This document shows, in pieces, positions 15,711-24,329 of a stretch of DNA of 61,168 bases. A program made the translations under genes and the position numbers. Origin of the DNA: a virus (taxonomy: Duplodnaviria > Caudoviricetes); the IMG/VR virus record IMGVR_UViG_3300031658_000006, positions 1 through 61,168 of that record; one strand, 5' to 3'. Below the pieces are notes generated by a model that was not told the DNA's origin, ran no database searches, and saw only the letters and a program-made list of their open reading frames with translations. Numbering within the stretch: position 1 is the stretch's first letter; each line of letters begins with the position of its first letter.

Positions 15711-16682
15711 ATGAAAAATCTATGGAACGAAGAGCAGTTGTTAGAGGCTGCCAATAAGATGACGAGAGAGGTACTTGATTGGGACACCCCTTACAAGTAC
15801 TGGGAACTCTACCCTGAGGACAATGTGTATAGTCAATCAGAGAACTTAGCTGACATATTTGTACGCAAGCATACAGAGCAGACTATCGGTATGACTCTTG
15901 AAGAGTACGAAAACCTGATGTGGGTAGACAGATACCGTAAGAACAACTTAGTAATCGACGTCTTCAACTCTATATTGTTCAAGCACCTCGACTTGATACG
16001 CACCACAAGGAAGGCATTCAAGAGGTCAGACCACTACACTACCATTGAGGTAGAGATAGACGGTAAGAAAGTCAAGGCATACCAAATCAAGTCGGGGTCA
16101 GACCTTGATGAGCATCCACTAATCAAGGGTCAGGGTTTCTATCTTGTCAAGCACGAAAAGCACGGAGAGTACCAGCTCTACCGAGGTACAACCAAGTGTG
16201 GGTGGCATTGGTGGAGCACACTCTTCGAGGTGTACAAGCTACTACCATCAAAGATATGGAAGCAACGCGAGGCACTGCAAGATGTTATTGCTGTGGCGTG
16301 TGCTAAGGGTAGCGAAGACCTGCTGGATGTGGTAAACCAAGGTCTACCTATGCTATCTGATGACACCGTCATTCACTTCCTATCTACGTACAACCAACCT
16401 GAGCCATCAACGTACAGCGTAACGATGTCGGGTGATGTCAAGCTAGACTCGGAGGTAACCGAGCCATTGGTGTCAGGTCTGATGTACAAGGACGCTAAGG
16501 ATTTCATGCTAGAGTATAGCAATTACAAGCACGTTCTATTCAGGTCTACCTATGCCAAGAAGATGTTAGACGAGGCAGTGGAGAAGATGACTCAGTCACG
16601 TGATGAGTTGTCAGAATTCTCACAGCTTCACACACGGTCATGCGTTGACATCAAGGATAGATGGGGTGTCAATCTAAAGTGA
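15711..16682 (+). CDS. Hypothetical protein
   Basis: 323 aa ORF after an AAATCAAATCAA leader. Confidence 0.8.
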   Translation: MKNLWNEEQLLEAANKMTREVLDWDTPYKYWELYPEDNVYSQSENLADIFVRKHTEQTIGMTLEEYENLMWVDRYRKNNLVIDVFNSILFKHLDLIRTTRKAFKRSDHYTTIEVEIDGKKVKAYQIKSGSDLDEHPLIKGQGFYLVKHEKHGEYQLYRGTTKCGWHWWSTLFEVYKLLPSKIWKQREALQDVIAVACAKGSEDLLDVVNQGLPMLSDDTVIHFLSTYNQPEPSTYSVTMSGDVKLDSEVTEPLVSGLMYKDAKDFMLEYSNYKHVLFRSTYAKKMLDEAVEKMTQSRDELSEFSQLHTRSCVDIKDRWGVNLK

Positions 16683-16834
16683 AGCCTAAGGTCAGGTCAA
16701 CAGCCTATCCCCCTGACCCACCCAAAGACTACAACGACTGGGCTACAAGTTTATTCAAATCAAATCACGGGGGGACAGCCGTCCCCCCACATAAATCAAA
16801 TCATGTCGAAGACAAAACAACTGATGGTCGATGA
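16679..16834 (+). CDS. Small protein (VRST.YP.DPPKDYNDW motif) reading through a palindrome cassette
   Basis: GTGA overlap with the upstream stop; 51 aa. Confidence 0.45.
   Translation: MKPKVRSTAYPPDPPKDYNDWATSLFKSNHGGTAVPPHKSNHVEDKTTDGR
16762..16801 (+). repeat. Leader cassette copy 3 (palindrome 16769-16788)
   Basis: Direct sequence. Confidence 0.85.
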
Positions 16835-16946
16835 CCACAACCAAGACAAGTTCTTAGATGACGAGTACCGAGTGGTACAAGCAAGCAACCTGATGAGCAC
16901 CATCGTTGCTGACTTTAAACTAACTATTAAAACAAACAAACCATGA
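16803..16946 (+). CDS. Small hypothetical protein (47 aa)
   Basis: MSKTKQLMVDDHNQDKFLDDEY...; ATGA-coupled to the next gene. Confidence 0.55.
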   Translation: MSKTKQLMVDDHNQDKFLDDEYRVVQASNLMSTIVADFKLTIKTNKP

Positions 16947-17245
16947 AGAAAGAAATCTTCCACAATTACGCTGGGCACGTAGCCCATGTATATGGACTGA
17001 CGAGAGAGGAGTTGTTCCACTCAAGTCGAGAGGCTAAGTACTCTCAAGCTAGGCATATGCTGTACTACCTATGTCGTAAACGACCAATGACACTCGCGCA
17101 AATCCAAGAGTACATGGGCGAGAACGGACACAGCACACACCACAGCAGTATAATCCACGGGGTCAAGCGTATGCAATCCCTTATGGATTCCGACCCAGAC
17201 TACATGACCCTATATACCACCATCAACCAAAAAGTAAACGCATAA
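16943..17245 (+). CDS. DnaA C-terminal (domain IV)-like HTH protein
   Basis: ARHMLYYLC..MTLAQI..MG...HSSIIHGVK, resembling the DnaA RQIAMYL..S...IG..F..RDHTTVLHA motif. Confidence 0.75.
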   Translation: MKKEIFHNYAGHVAHVYGLTREELFHSSREAKYSQARHMLYYLCRKRPMTLAQIQEYMGENGHSTHHSSIIHGVKRMQSLMDSDPDYMTLYTTINQKVNA

Positions 17246-17826
17246 TGGAAAAGAAATCAGTATTCGAAACGCTTAGCGCAATCAACGTTAAGCCATACGT
17301 CAAGGAGAAGAACAAGCTAAGCTATCTCTCTTGGGCTACGGCATGGAAACTACTCAAGGAAGTATACCCTGACGCACAACGTATCATCTACGAGAACGAG
17401 CATACAGGATTCAACTATTGGACAGACGGTAAGTCATGTTGGGTACGTGTAGGTATCATCGTCGAGGGACATGAGCACCAGGATATGTTACCCGTGATGG
17501 ACTTCAGGAACAAGTCTATATCAGCTGACGCGGTCAACTCTATGGACATCAACAAGACCATACAACGGGCGACAGCTAAGGCTATCGCTATGCATGGGCT
17601 AGGTCTAGCCTTGTACACGGGGGAGGATTTACCCGATGAGGTTATCGCACCCGTAGAGAAGAAGCTAATGAAGCTTGACCTAGATGATGAGAACTGGGGT
17701 AAGGTGCTGGAGTTTATCGTCAACAACAAAGACAAAGGGCTTGACCATATCGTCACGCAGATTGAACGTAAGTACAAGGTGAAGGCTACCATCAAGAAAG
17801 AAATTTCTAAAATTATATCAGCATGA
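17245..17826 (+). CDS. Sak/Rad52-like single-strand annealing protein (DUF1071-like)
   Basis: SVFETLSAINV..EKNKLSYLSWA.AW, LPVMD.RNK, INKTIQR..AKAIA.HGLGL.LY.GED. Confidence 0.85.
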   Translation: MEKKSVFETLSAINVKPYVKEKNKLSYLSWATAWKLLKEVYPDAQRIIYENEHTGFNYWTDGKSCWVRVGIIVEGHEHQDMLPVMDFRNKSISADAVNSMDINKTIQRATAKAIAMHGLGLALYTGEDLPDEVIAPVEKKLMKLDLDDENWGKVLEFIVNNKDKGLDHIVTQIERKYKVKATIKKEISKIISA

Positions 17827-18554
17827 GCGATATCATAAACCAACTCAGGGATGACAACCACTACTATGGTGAGGTGGGTAAGCGTTACCTATCCAACTCG
17901 GACATAGGTAAGCTACTCACTAACCCTAAGATGTACGGGGTATCCGAACCTGACAACGTGAACTTCGCTAAGGGTAGGTACTTCCATCAGCTTATCTTAG
18001 AACCAGAGAAAGCATCGGTGGTACAAGCAGTGGACTCTTACTCACGCAACACCAAGATATATAAGGATGCAGTACTCGCAAGCGAAGAGACGTTCTTACT
18101 ACTCAATAAAGAACGCGATGAGATTGAATCGTTGGTCGCTACTATGATGGGCAACATAGATTTCTTTGATGCTATACGTGCCGAGGGTAACACATACGAA
18201 GAGCCATCGGTAGGTATGATAAAGGATAGGATGTGGAAGGGTAAGGCTGACATCATCACCAATGATATCATCATCGACCTTAAGACCACGAGCAGCATCA
18301 AGGACTTCAAGTACTCAGCTAAGAAGTATAACTACGACAGCCAGTGCTACATCTACCAGACCCTGTTCGGTAAGCCACTCGTGTTCTTTGTTATAGAGAA
18401 GTCATCAGGTATGATGGGTATGTATCAGCCGAGCGAGGAGTTCGTTCGTCAGGGTGAGTATAAAGTAGAGGATGCTATAGAGGTACACAATAAATTCTTT
18501 AGAGATGACGCGCCCCATGACATTGACAACTACTATATCAAAGAGACTCTCTAA
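17823..18554 (+). CDS. PD-(D/E)xK exonuclease (RecE/Exo VIII-like, DUF3799-type)
   Basis: LSNSDI, GRYFH.LILEP, WKGKADI..IIDLKTT, Y.YD.Q..IY. Confidence 0.85.
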   Translation: MSDIINQLRDDNHYYGEVGKRYLSNSDIGKLLTNPKMYGVSEPDNVNFAKGRYFHQLILEPEKASVVQAVDSYSRNTKIYKDAVLASEETFLLLNKERDEIESLVATMMGNIDFFDAIRAEGNTYEEPSVGMIKDRMWKGKADIITNDIIIDLKTTSSIKDFKYSAKKYNYDSQCYIYQTLFGKPLVFFVIEKSSGMMGMYQPSEEFVRQGEYKVEDAIEVHNKFFRDDAPHDIDNYYIKETL

Positions 18555-18693
18555 GGTTTACTCATTGATAACACATAAGAAAAACATACAGATTGAAGTT
18601 CCAGCAGTCTGTAGTAGCCCGCAGAGAAAACAAGATTACATCGACGCGGTCTATCATTACTTGGAGCAAAACATAATCATTAAAAACCATTAA
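18505..18693 (+). CDS. Possible small protein (start uncertain)
   Basis: Fills the gap between the exonuclease and SSB-like genes. Confidence 0.35.
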   Translation: MTRPMTLTTTISKRLSKVYSLITHKKNIQIEVPAVCSSPQRKQDYIDAVYHYLEQNIIIKNH

Positions 18694-18696
18694 ACA

Positions 18697-18963
18697 ATGG
18701 CACATGAACAAAAGATAACCGTCAAGATTGACGTGAAGAAGCTGGTTAAGTCTGGCTTCTACCAAGGAGAGAAGGGATTGTACGCAACCCTAACTATTAT
18801 TCCAACACCTGACAATAAGTACGGTGATGACTACATGGTCACGCAGTACCTAGGTAAGGAAGAGAAGGGGCCTATCATCGGCAACGCCAGAGACCTAGTC
18901 TTCGACAACGACACCAAGAAGAAAGAGGTAGTCGAGGAGGAGGAAGAGGACGTGCCGTTCTAA
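18697..18963 (+). CDS. Putative single-stranded DNA-binding protein
   Basis: IDV.K...GEKG.Y..L...DNKYG...PIIGN with an acidic EEEEEDVPF tail. Confidence 0.7.
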   Translation: MAHEQKITVKIDVKKLVKSGFYQGEKGLYATLTIIPTPDNKYGDDYMVTQYLGKEEKGPIIGNARDLVFDNDTKKKEVVEEEEEDVPF

Positions 18964-18975
18964 ACCAGAGGGAGA

Positions 18976-18995
18976 GGGGGGACAGCCGTCCCCCC
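18976..18995. repeat. Palindrome copy (loop AGCC)
   Basis: Direct sequence; adjoins CGACA element copy 2. Confidence 0.85.
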
Positions 18996-19007
18996 TTGTA
19001 CCCACCT

Positions 19008-19177
19008 ATGTCGATGTGTCGAAAAAAGTTTTCTATATACCACCATATATATTTACTCTATCTTACTCTCCCCCCGTATGGGTGAGAAGAAAAAACGACA
19101 TTATCGACACTGGTATTGGTAACCAGTTATTTAGCCCGTTAAAATCAACACACAAAACGACATTAAATCGACACCGC
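19008..19177. repeat. CGACA-rich non-coding element, copy 2 (candidate replication origin)
   Basis: Homologous to 10229-10400; immediately upstream of the primase-helicase. Confidence 0.75.
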
Positions 19178-21595
19178 ATGACACAAACCGTCACAATCTT
19201 CGCGAATATTAAGGATACGTCCACTCCTTTCTACCGAAGTGTACGCAAAGTTCTCTCACGAGTAAAGGATGGAGCGTCCAAGAATAAGGTCAACGCCATC
19301 AGGAAAGAGAAGGACAAGAGCTCACGTAACGAACTCAAGCGTGGCCTACCTGCCGTATGCTTTAGCGGTACGTTCACCAAGCGATTGGACAATGCACTCA
19401 CTCAGCATAGTGGTCTCATCTGCCTAGACTTCGATGGATACGAGAGGAGTAAAGAGATGAAGGATGAGAAGGACAAACTCAGTAAGGACAGGTATGTGTT
19501 CTCTGTGTTTGTATCGCCATCAGGCAACGGGCTCAAGGCTCTGGTTAAAATTCCTGCCGATGTAGACAACCACCTCAATTACTTCAACGCTCTAGAGAAA
19601 CACTTTAACTCTGAGCATTTCGATACCACCAGTAAGAACATAAGCCGTGTATGCTATGAGTCATACGACCCACTCATCTATATCAACGAGGAGTCACTGC
19701 TCTGGGATAAGATAGACGAGCCTGAGTATAGCGAGGTTATGGTACACCGAGACCCTAAGACCATACACATCACCGACGACAATAAGATTGTAGATATCCT
19801 ATTGAAGTGGTGGACGAAGAAGTTCGGTATGGTGGATGGCGAACGCAACATGAACCTATACAAGTTGGCTATGGCGTTCAATGACTTCGGAGTAAACAAA
19901 AGCCTAGCCTCTCATATCATGCGTGACTTTGAGCAGCCCGACTTTAAGATGGTGGAGATAACGCGCACCATCGATTCCGCGTACCGACGTACCGAGAACT
20001 TCGGTATCAAACAATACGAGGACAGGGATAAGATATCACACATCAAGGCACAGCTAAAAAGTGGTGTGTCAAAAAAGGAAGTCCGCTCTCAACTCAAGGA
20101 GTCCAGCATTGGGAGCGACGTAATTGATTCGGTATTAGAACGAGTCGAGCTGGAGAACGCAGACGTTTCCTTCTGGGAACGTAACGACCGTGGTGTCATT
20201 AAGATTATCCCGATAGACTTCAAGTCTTTCTTAGAGGACAGCGGTTTCTATAAGTACTGCCCCGAAGGAAGTAAGAACTACATCTTCGTCAAGGTCACTA
20301 ACAATCTCATAGACCACACGTCAGAGAAAGAGATTAAAGATTTCATCCTCAACTATCTCATCGACTTAGATGACAAAGGAATCTATAACTTCTTCGCTGA
20401 CTCGGTACGTTACTTTAGGGAGGAGTTCCTCACCCTGCTATCTACGATTGACATCTTCTTTATGGAGGATACCAAGGACACCTCGTACCTATACTATAAG
20501 AACGGGGCTGTCTTGATAACCAAAGACACGGTGAGTATCATAGACTACCTCGACCTAGGTGGGTACGTATGGAAAGACCACGTTATAGACAGGTCGTTTG
20601 ACGTGCGCGATGAGTACAGCTGTGACTACCAAGTTTTCATTGGGAACATATGCAACAAAGACAGCGAGCGGATAGCTACTATGCGTAGTACTATAGGGTA
20701 TATGATGCATGGGTATAAGAACATGAGCTACTGCCCAGCTATTATCCTTAACGATGAGGTCATCAGCGATAGCCCAGAGGGTGGTACGGGTAAGGGATTG
20801 TTTATGAATGCCCTCTCACAGATGAAGAAGATGGTGGTGATTGACGGTAAGGCATTCGCTTTCGAGAAGTCATTCCCCTATCAGTTGGTATCAGCAGACA
20901 CGCAGATACTATGCTTCGATGACGTGAAGAAGCACTTTGATTTCGAGCGGCTATTCTCTGTAGTGACAGAGGGCTTGACGTTAGAGAAGAAGAACAAGGA
21001 TGCTATCAAGATACCATTTAGTAAGTCACCAAAGATTGCTATCACTACGAACTATACCATCAAGGGTTCAGGGAATTCATTTGCCAGACGTAAGTGGGAG
21101 CTGGAGTTACACCAGCACTACAATAAGAACCACACCCCATCGATGGAATTCAATAAGCACTTCTTTGCAGAGTGGGATATAGATGAGTGGTATCAGTTCG
21201 ATAACTATATGGTGAGCTGTCTTCAGGGTTACCTCAGTACAGGCTTGGTAGAGTGTAAGCTTATTAACGTGGGTCTAAATCAGTTGAGAGGGAATACAGG
21301 TGATGACTTCGTTGAATGGTGCGGATTAACTAAAGGAAGCGAACACAATAAACTTCTTGAGCCAAACATCAAGGTGTATAAACAAGACCTTCTCCATGAT
21401 TTCATTCAAGACTTCCCTGACTATGCTCCTAGGGCTAAGCATTCCGTTACTCGTAACGAGTTCTATAAATGGCTGAAGGCTTACTGCAAGCACAAGCACG
21501 AAGTCGAACCTGATGATGGTCGTGATAGCGTAGGTAGATGGATGCGTATACGTAGGAAGCATGAGGCTGAGGTACAAACTAACTTAGGATTATGA
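19178..21595 (+). CDS. Primase-helicase (VirE-N/BT4734-like primase, PriCT, P-loop helicase)
   Basis: LPAVCFSGTF..R...HSGLICLDFD, SPSGNGLK, GERN..LY.LA, Walker A GGTGKG, Walker B LCFDD; start reassigned to ATG 19178. Confidence 0.88.
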   Translation: MTQTVTIFANIKDTSTPFYRSVRKVLSRVKDGASKNKVNAIRKEKDKSSRNELKRGLPAVCFSGTFTKRLDNALTQHSGLICLDFDGYERSKEMKDEKDKLSKDRYVFSVFVSPSGNGLKALVKIPADVDNHLNYFNALEKHFNSEHFDTTSKNISRVCYESYDPLIYINEESLLWDKIDEPEYSEVMVHRDPKTIHITDDNKIVDILLKWWTKKFGMVDGERNMNLYKLAMAFNDFGVNKSLASHIMRDFEQPDFKMVEITRTIDSAYRRTENFGIKQYEDRDKISHIKAQLKSGVSKKEVRSQLKESSIGSDVIDSVLERVELENADVSFWERNDRGVIKIIPIDFKSFLEDSGFYKYCPEGSKNYIFVKVTNNLIDHTSEKEIKDFILNYLIDLDDKGIYNFFADSVRYFREEFLTLLSTIDIFFMEDTKDTSYLYYKNGAVLITKDTVSIIDYLDLGGYVWKDHVIDRSFDVRDEYSCDYQVFIGNICNKDSERIATMRSTIGYMMHGYKNMSYCPAIILNDEVISDSPEGGTGKGLFMNALSQMKKMVVIDGKAFAFEKSFPYQLVSADTQILCFDDVKKHFDFERLFSVVTEGLTLEKKNKDAIKIPFSKSPKIAITTNYTIKGSGNSFARRKWELELHQHYNKNHTPSMEFNKHFFAEWDIDEWYQFDNYMVSCLQGYLSTGLVECKLINVGLNQLRGNTGDDFVEWCGLTKGSEHNKLLEPNIKVYKQDLLHDFIQDFPDYAPRAKHSVTRNEFYKWLKAYCKHKHEVEPDDGRDSVGRWMRIRRKHEAEVQTNLGL
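20071..20127 (+). promoter_or_regulatory. Candidate -1 programmed ribosomal frameshift signal
   Basis: In-frame A_AAA_AAG, stem 20081-20092/20109-20119, -1 frame TGA at 20125. Confidence 0.6.
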
Positions 21596-22830
21596 TGGAG
21601 TTCAGAGACTACCAGAAGGATATCATAGATGAGGGAATAGATATCCTATCTGATAAAGGATTCCTTTACTTAGCTATGGAAGTACGTACGGGTAAGACGC
21701 TTACGAGTTTAGGTATAGCTGATGCATTTGATTTAGATAACGTGTTGTTCTTAACGAAGAAGAAAGCTATCTCTAGTATCGAGTCAGACTATAAGATGCT
21801 GGCCCCTGAGTTTGAAATACACGTCACCAACTACGAGAGTATGCATAAAGCACCGCTAACTAAGTGGGACCTTATCGTATGCGACGAGGCTCATAGCTTA
21901 GGTGCGTTCCCTAAACCAAGTAAGAGAGCCAAGCAGGTGCGTGAGCTTATCAAGAAGAACGGCAAGCAACCATTGGTAGTGCTGTTGTCAGGTACACCTA
22001 CCCCTGAATCGTACAGTCAGATGTACCATCAGGTGTACGGCATACCCAACAACCCATTCCGTAAGTACAAGAACTTCTATAGGTTTGGCGATGACTACGT
22101 ACGTGTGAAGCAAAGGAAGATGAACGGCTTAGTGATTAACGATTACACCGAGGGGCTAGAGAGAATCATAAGAGAGATGCAACCACACACCATCAGTTAT
22201 ACGCAGGTGGAGGCTGGCTTTAAAGTGGACACACGTGAGCACGTGCTTCGGGTACAGGCTAGCGATAGGATACATCAGATATGCAATCGCCTTAAGCGTG
22301 ACCTCGTGGTAGAGGGCAAGGACAATGTCATCCTAGCTGACACGCCTGTTAAGCTTATGCAGAAACTACATCAACTGTACTCAGGTACGGTGAAGTTCGA
22401 GAGCGGAGAGTCTATGGTGATAGACTATACCAAGGCTGAGTTTATACGTGAGCGATTCAAGGATAAGAAGATTGGTATCTTCTATAAGTTTAAACAGGAG
22501 CTCAATGCTTTGAAGAAAACATATGGAGATTCCTTGACGACCGAGCTAGATGAGTTCGAGACCACCGACAAGAGCATAGCCCTTCAGATAGTCAGCGGAC
22601 GTGAGGGTATCTCGCTACGTCAGGCCGACGCCTTGGTGTACTACAACATCGACTTCAGTGCTACAAGTTACTGGCAGTCACGAGATAGGATGACTACTAA
22701 GGAGAGGTTGAAGAGCGATGTGTACTGGGTATTCACTGACGGTGGTATCGAGAAGGACATATACAAAGCGGTGACTAAGAAGAAAGACTATACGCTAAGA
22801 CACTTCAAACGCGATGTATTAAGTTTGTGA
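21592..22830 (+). CDS. SNF2-like SF2 helicase
   Basis: MEVRTGKT, DEAH, SGTP, GREGISL, QSRDR. Confidence 0.9.
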   Translation: MMEFRDYQKDIIDEGIDILSDKGFLYLAMEVRTGKTLTSLGIADAFDLDNVLFLTKKKAISSIESDYKMLAPEFEIHVTNYESMHKAPLTKWDLIVCDEAHSLGAFPKPSKRAKQVRELIKKNGKQPLVVLLSGTPTPESYSQMYHQVYGIPNNPFRKYKNFYRFGDDYVRVKQRKMNGLVINDYTEGLERIIREMQPHTISYTQVEAGFKVDTREHVLRVQASDRIHQICNRLKRDLVVEGKDNVILADTPVKLMQKLHQLYSGTVKFESGESMVIDYTKAEFIRERFKDKKIGIFYKFKQELNALKKTYGDSLTTELDEFETTDKSIALQIVSGREGISLRQADALVYYNIDFSATSYWQSRDRMTTKERLKSDVYWVFTDGGIEKDIYKAVTKKKDYTLRHFKRDVLSL

Positions 22831-22832
22831 TA

Positions 22833-23018
22833 ATGACCGAACAACAGATGCAATTAAATCGAATCAACTCAGCAAAGAGTTGTAATTGGCCGTTTGAAAA
22901 AGGAAGTTATGAATATTATTTTGATAAATTTTTTGACATTCCAGAAGGTATACCTGAAGATATGTATACTGATTTGGAAGCTGATAAGTTTGCGTTAAAA
23001 ATGATAGAAGATGACTGA
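22833..23018 (+). CDS. Small AT-rich inserted gene
   Basis: Starts MTEQQMQ, duplicating the start of the next gene. Confidence 0.55.
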   Translation: MTEQQMQLNRINSAKSCNWPFEKGSYEYYFDKFFDIPEGIPEDMYTDLEADKFALKMIEDD

Positions 23019-23250
23019 ACAACAGATACAAAGCAAGAGGATAAAGCAATTAGAAGAGCAGGGGTACTATGTGATTAAACTTGTTAAGACAAACAAGAAT
23101 GGCATACCTGATTTGATTGCTATACCTAAGGATAGCGACGTGTTATTTAGTGAAATCAAGAGACCTATAGGTAGGTTGTCTAAACTACAGGAGTACAGAA
23201 TAAAAGAACTTAGAACACATGGATTACAGGTTGAGCTATACAGAGGATGA
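23011..23250 (+). CDS. VRR-NUC nuclease (probable Holliday junction resolvase)
   Basis: EQQIQ, GIPDLI, FSEIK, GRLSKLQ. Confidence 0.88.
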   Translation: MTEQQIQSKRIKQLEEQGYYVIKLVKTNKNGIPDLIAIPKDSDVLFSEIKRPIGRLSKLQEYRIKELRTHGLQVELYRG

Positions 23251-23578
23251 GACACCATACGATACAGACCAAGAGTTTCTGGATGCTATCCTTACGCTTG
23301 ACAGAGCGAGTAGAATAAAAATCCTGGTGCAGATAGAGAAGTCATCCGCCTATTTCTATAAAGGTTTCGATGACTTTATAGAGGGGAAGTACTACGATAT
23401 GTGGGACTACTTCTTTCAGGTATGCGGTGTAGTGAACTGCCCAGACCCTTTGTTCTACATTGTCAGCTACTATAGTGATGGAGAAAGCGCCCCAGTACTT
23501 ACTTCCATAGAGGAGACGGACTCGGACACGTACTTAGACTACGTTTCTAAAGGTGAGGTATTAAAAGAATTAAATTAA
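23219..23578 (+). CDS. Hypothetical acidic protein
   Basis: ORF track; fits the gene array. Confidence 0.6.
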   Translation: MDYRLSYTEDETPYDTDQEFLDAILTLDRASRIKILVQIEKSSAYFYKGFDDFIEGKYYDMWDYFFQVCGVVNCPDPLFYIVSYYSDGESAPVLTSIEETDSDTYLDYVSKGEVLKELN

Positions 23579-23583
23579 ATCAA

Positions 23584-24108
23584 ATGAAAAGTAAAGGGTA
23601 TGATAAAAAGCACACTGAGGTGCTTGCAGAAATTGTGTCACACGTATTCGAGGCAGATGTCTTTGAGCGTAGACGACTTAGACCTAACGTAAATGCACGT
23701 ATGGTATTCTCTAAGATACTATTGGATAAGGGTCTCACCCTTACCGAGATAGGTAGGATACTTAGTAAGAACCACGCTACTATTTTCCACTACAATAACA
23801 AGCTTAGCTTTTTCTTGGAGCATGACTTTGCTTTAAGGCAGAAGTACCTGCGCTGCGTGGATGAGTATGAATCTCAATCGATACACTCAGTGACTAAGAC
23901 CAAGCTTCTGGATGAGCTTTATAAACTAAGGCAAGAACTAAACGAAGTAAAGGACTTATATAAAATGGTGACCCTTCAGAACAGAGAGGCGTCTCGGTAT
24001 GACGAGAGGCTTATGGGTATATATAACGTGGTTAGAGACCGAACGAGTATAGGTAAAGAGATGGAGATGGAGAGCAGGATAAAGCGACTATACAATACAG
24101 TGGCGTGA
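23584..24108 (+). CDS. DnaA C-terminal-like HTH plus coiled-coil protein
   Basis: NARMVF..IL...LTLTEIGRILSKNHATIFHY. Confidence 0.75.
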   Translation: MKSKGYDKKHTEVLAEIVSHVFEADVFERRRLRPNVNARMVFSKILLDKGLTLTEIGRILSKNHATIFHYNNKLSFFLEHDFALRQKYLRCVDEYESQSIHSVTKTKLLDELYKLRQELNEVKDLYKMVTLQNREASRYDERLMGIYNVVRDRTSIGKEMEMESRIKRLYNTVA

Positions 24109-24293
24109 GAGACTCCGATGCATACGATAGATTAAGATATATCAACTTCATGATGGAGCGCCTTCACGACTCCTGTAATGAGCTATACGAGCACCTCATA
24201 GACGAGGAGGTAGACTTCGTTGAGCAGGAGGTTAAAGAGATAAAGGAGGTGCTAAAGGAACTGCTAGATTATGCCTCGGAGATAAACAAGTAA
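24105..24293 (+). CDS. Small acidic helical protein
   Basis: GTGA-coupled last gene of the plus-strand arm. Confidence 0.6.
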   Translation: MRDSDAYDRLRYINFMMERLHDSCNELYEHLIDEEVDFVEQEVKEIKEVLKELLDYASEINK

Positions 24294-24329
24294 GAAGGGG
24301 GGGACCGTTGTCCCCCCCTCTTTTCTTTT
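24292..24329. terminator. Bidirectional terminator built on the palindrome family (loop CGTT)
   Basis: AAGAA-GGGGGGGAC CGTT GTCCCCCCC-TCTTTTCTTTT at the convergence of the two arms. Confidence 0.8.

Noticed and set aside
16889-16920. Further hammerheads at other CTGATGA matches (here; also near 8255, 16357, 21511)
   Set aside because: No stem II followed by GAAA and no GUC/stem I geometry; all lie in coding sequence.
10404-18995. Palindrome series as a CRISPR array
   Set aside because: Spacing is irregular (hundreds to thousands of bp), whole genes lie between copies, and there are no cas genes.
19016-19177. 54-aa N-terminal extension of the primase-helicase
   Set aside because: It overlaps the repeated non-coding CGACA element; family-like sequence begins at ATG 19178.
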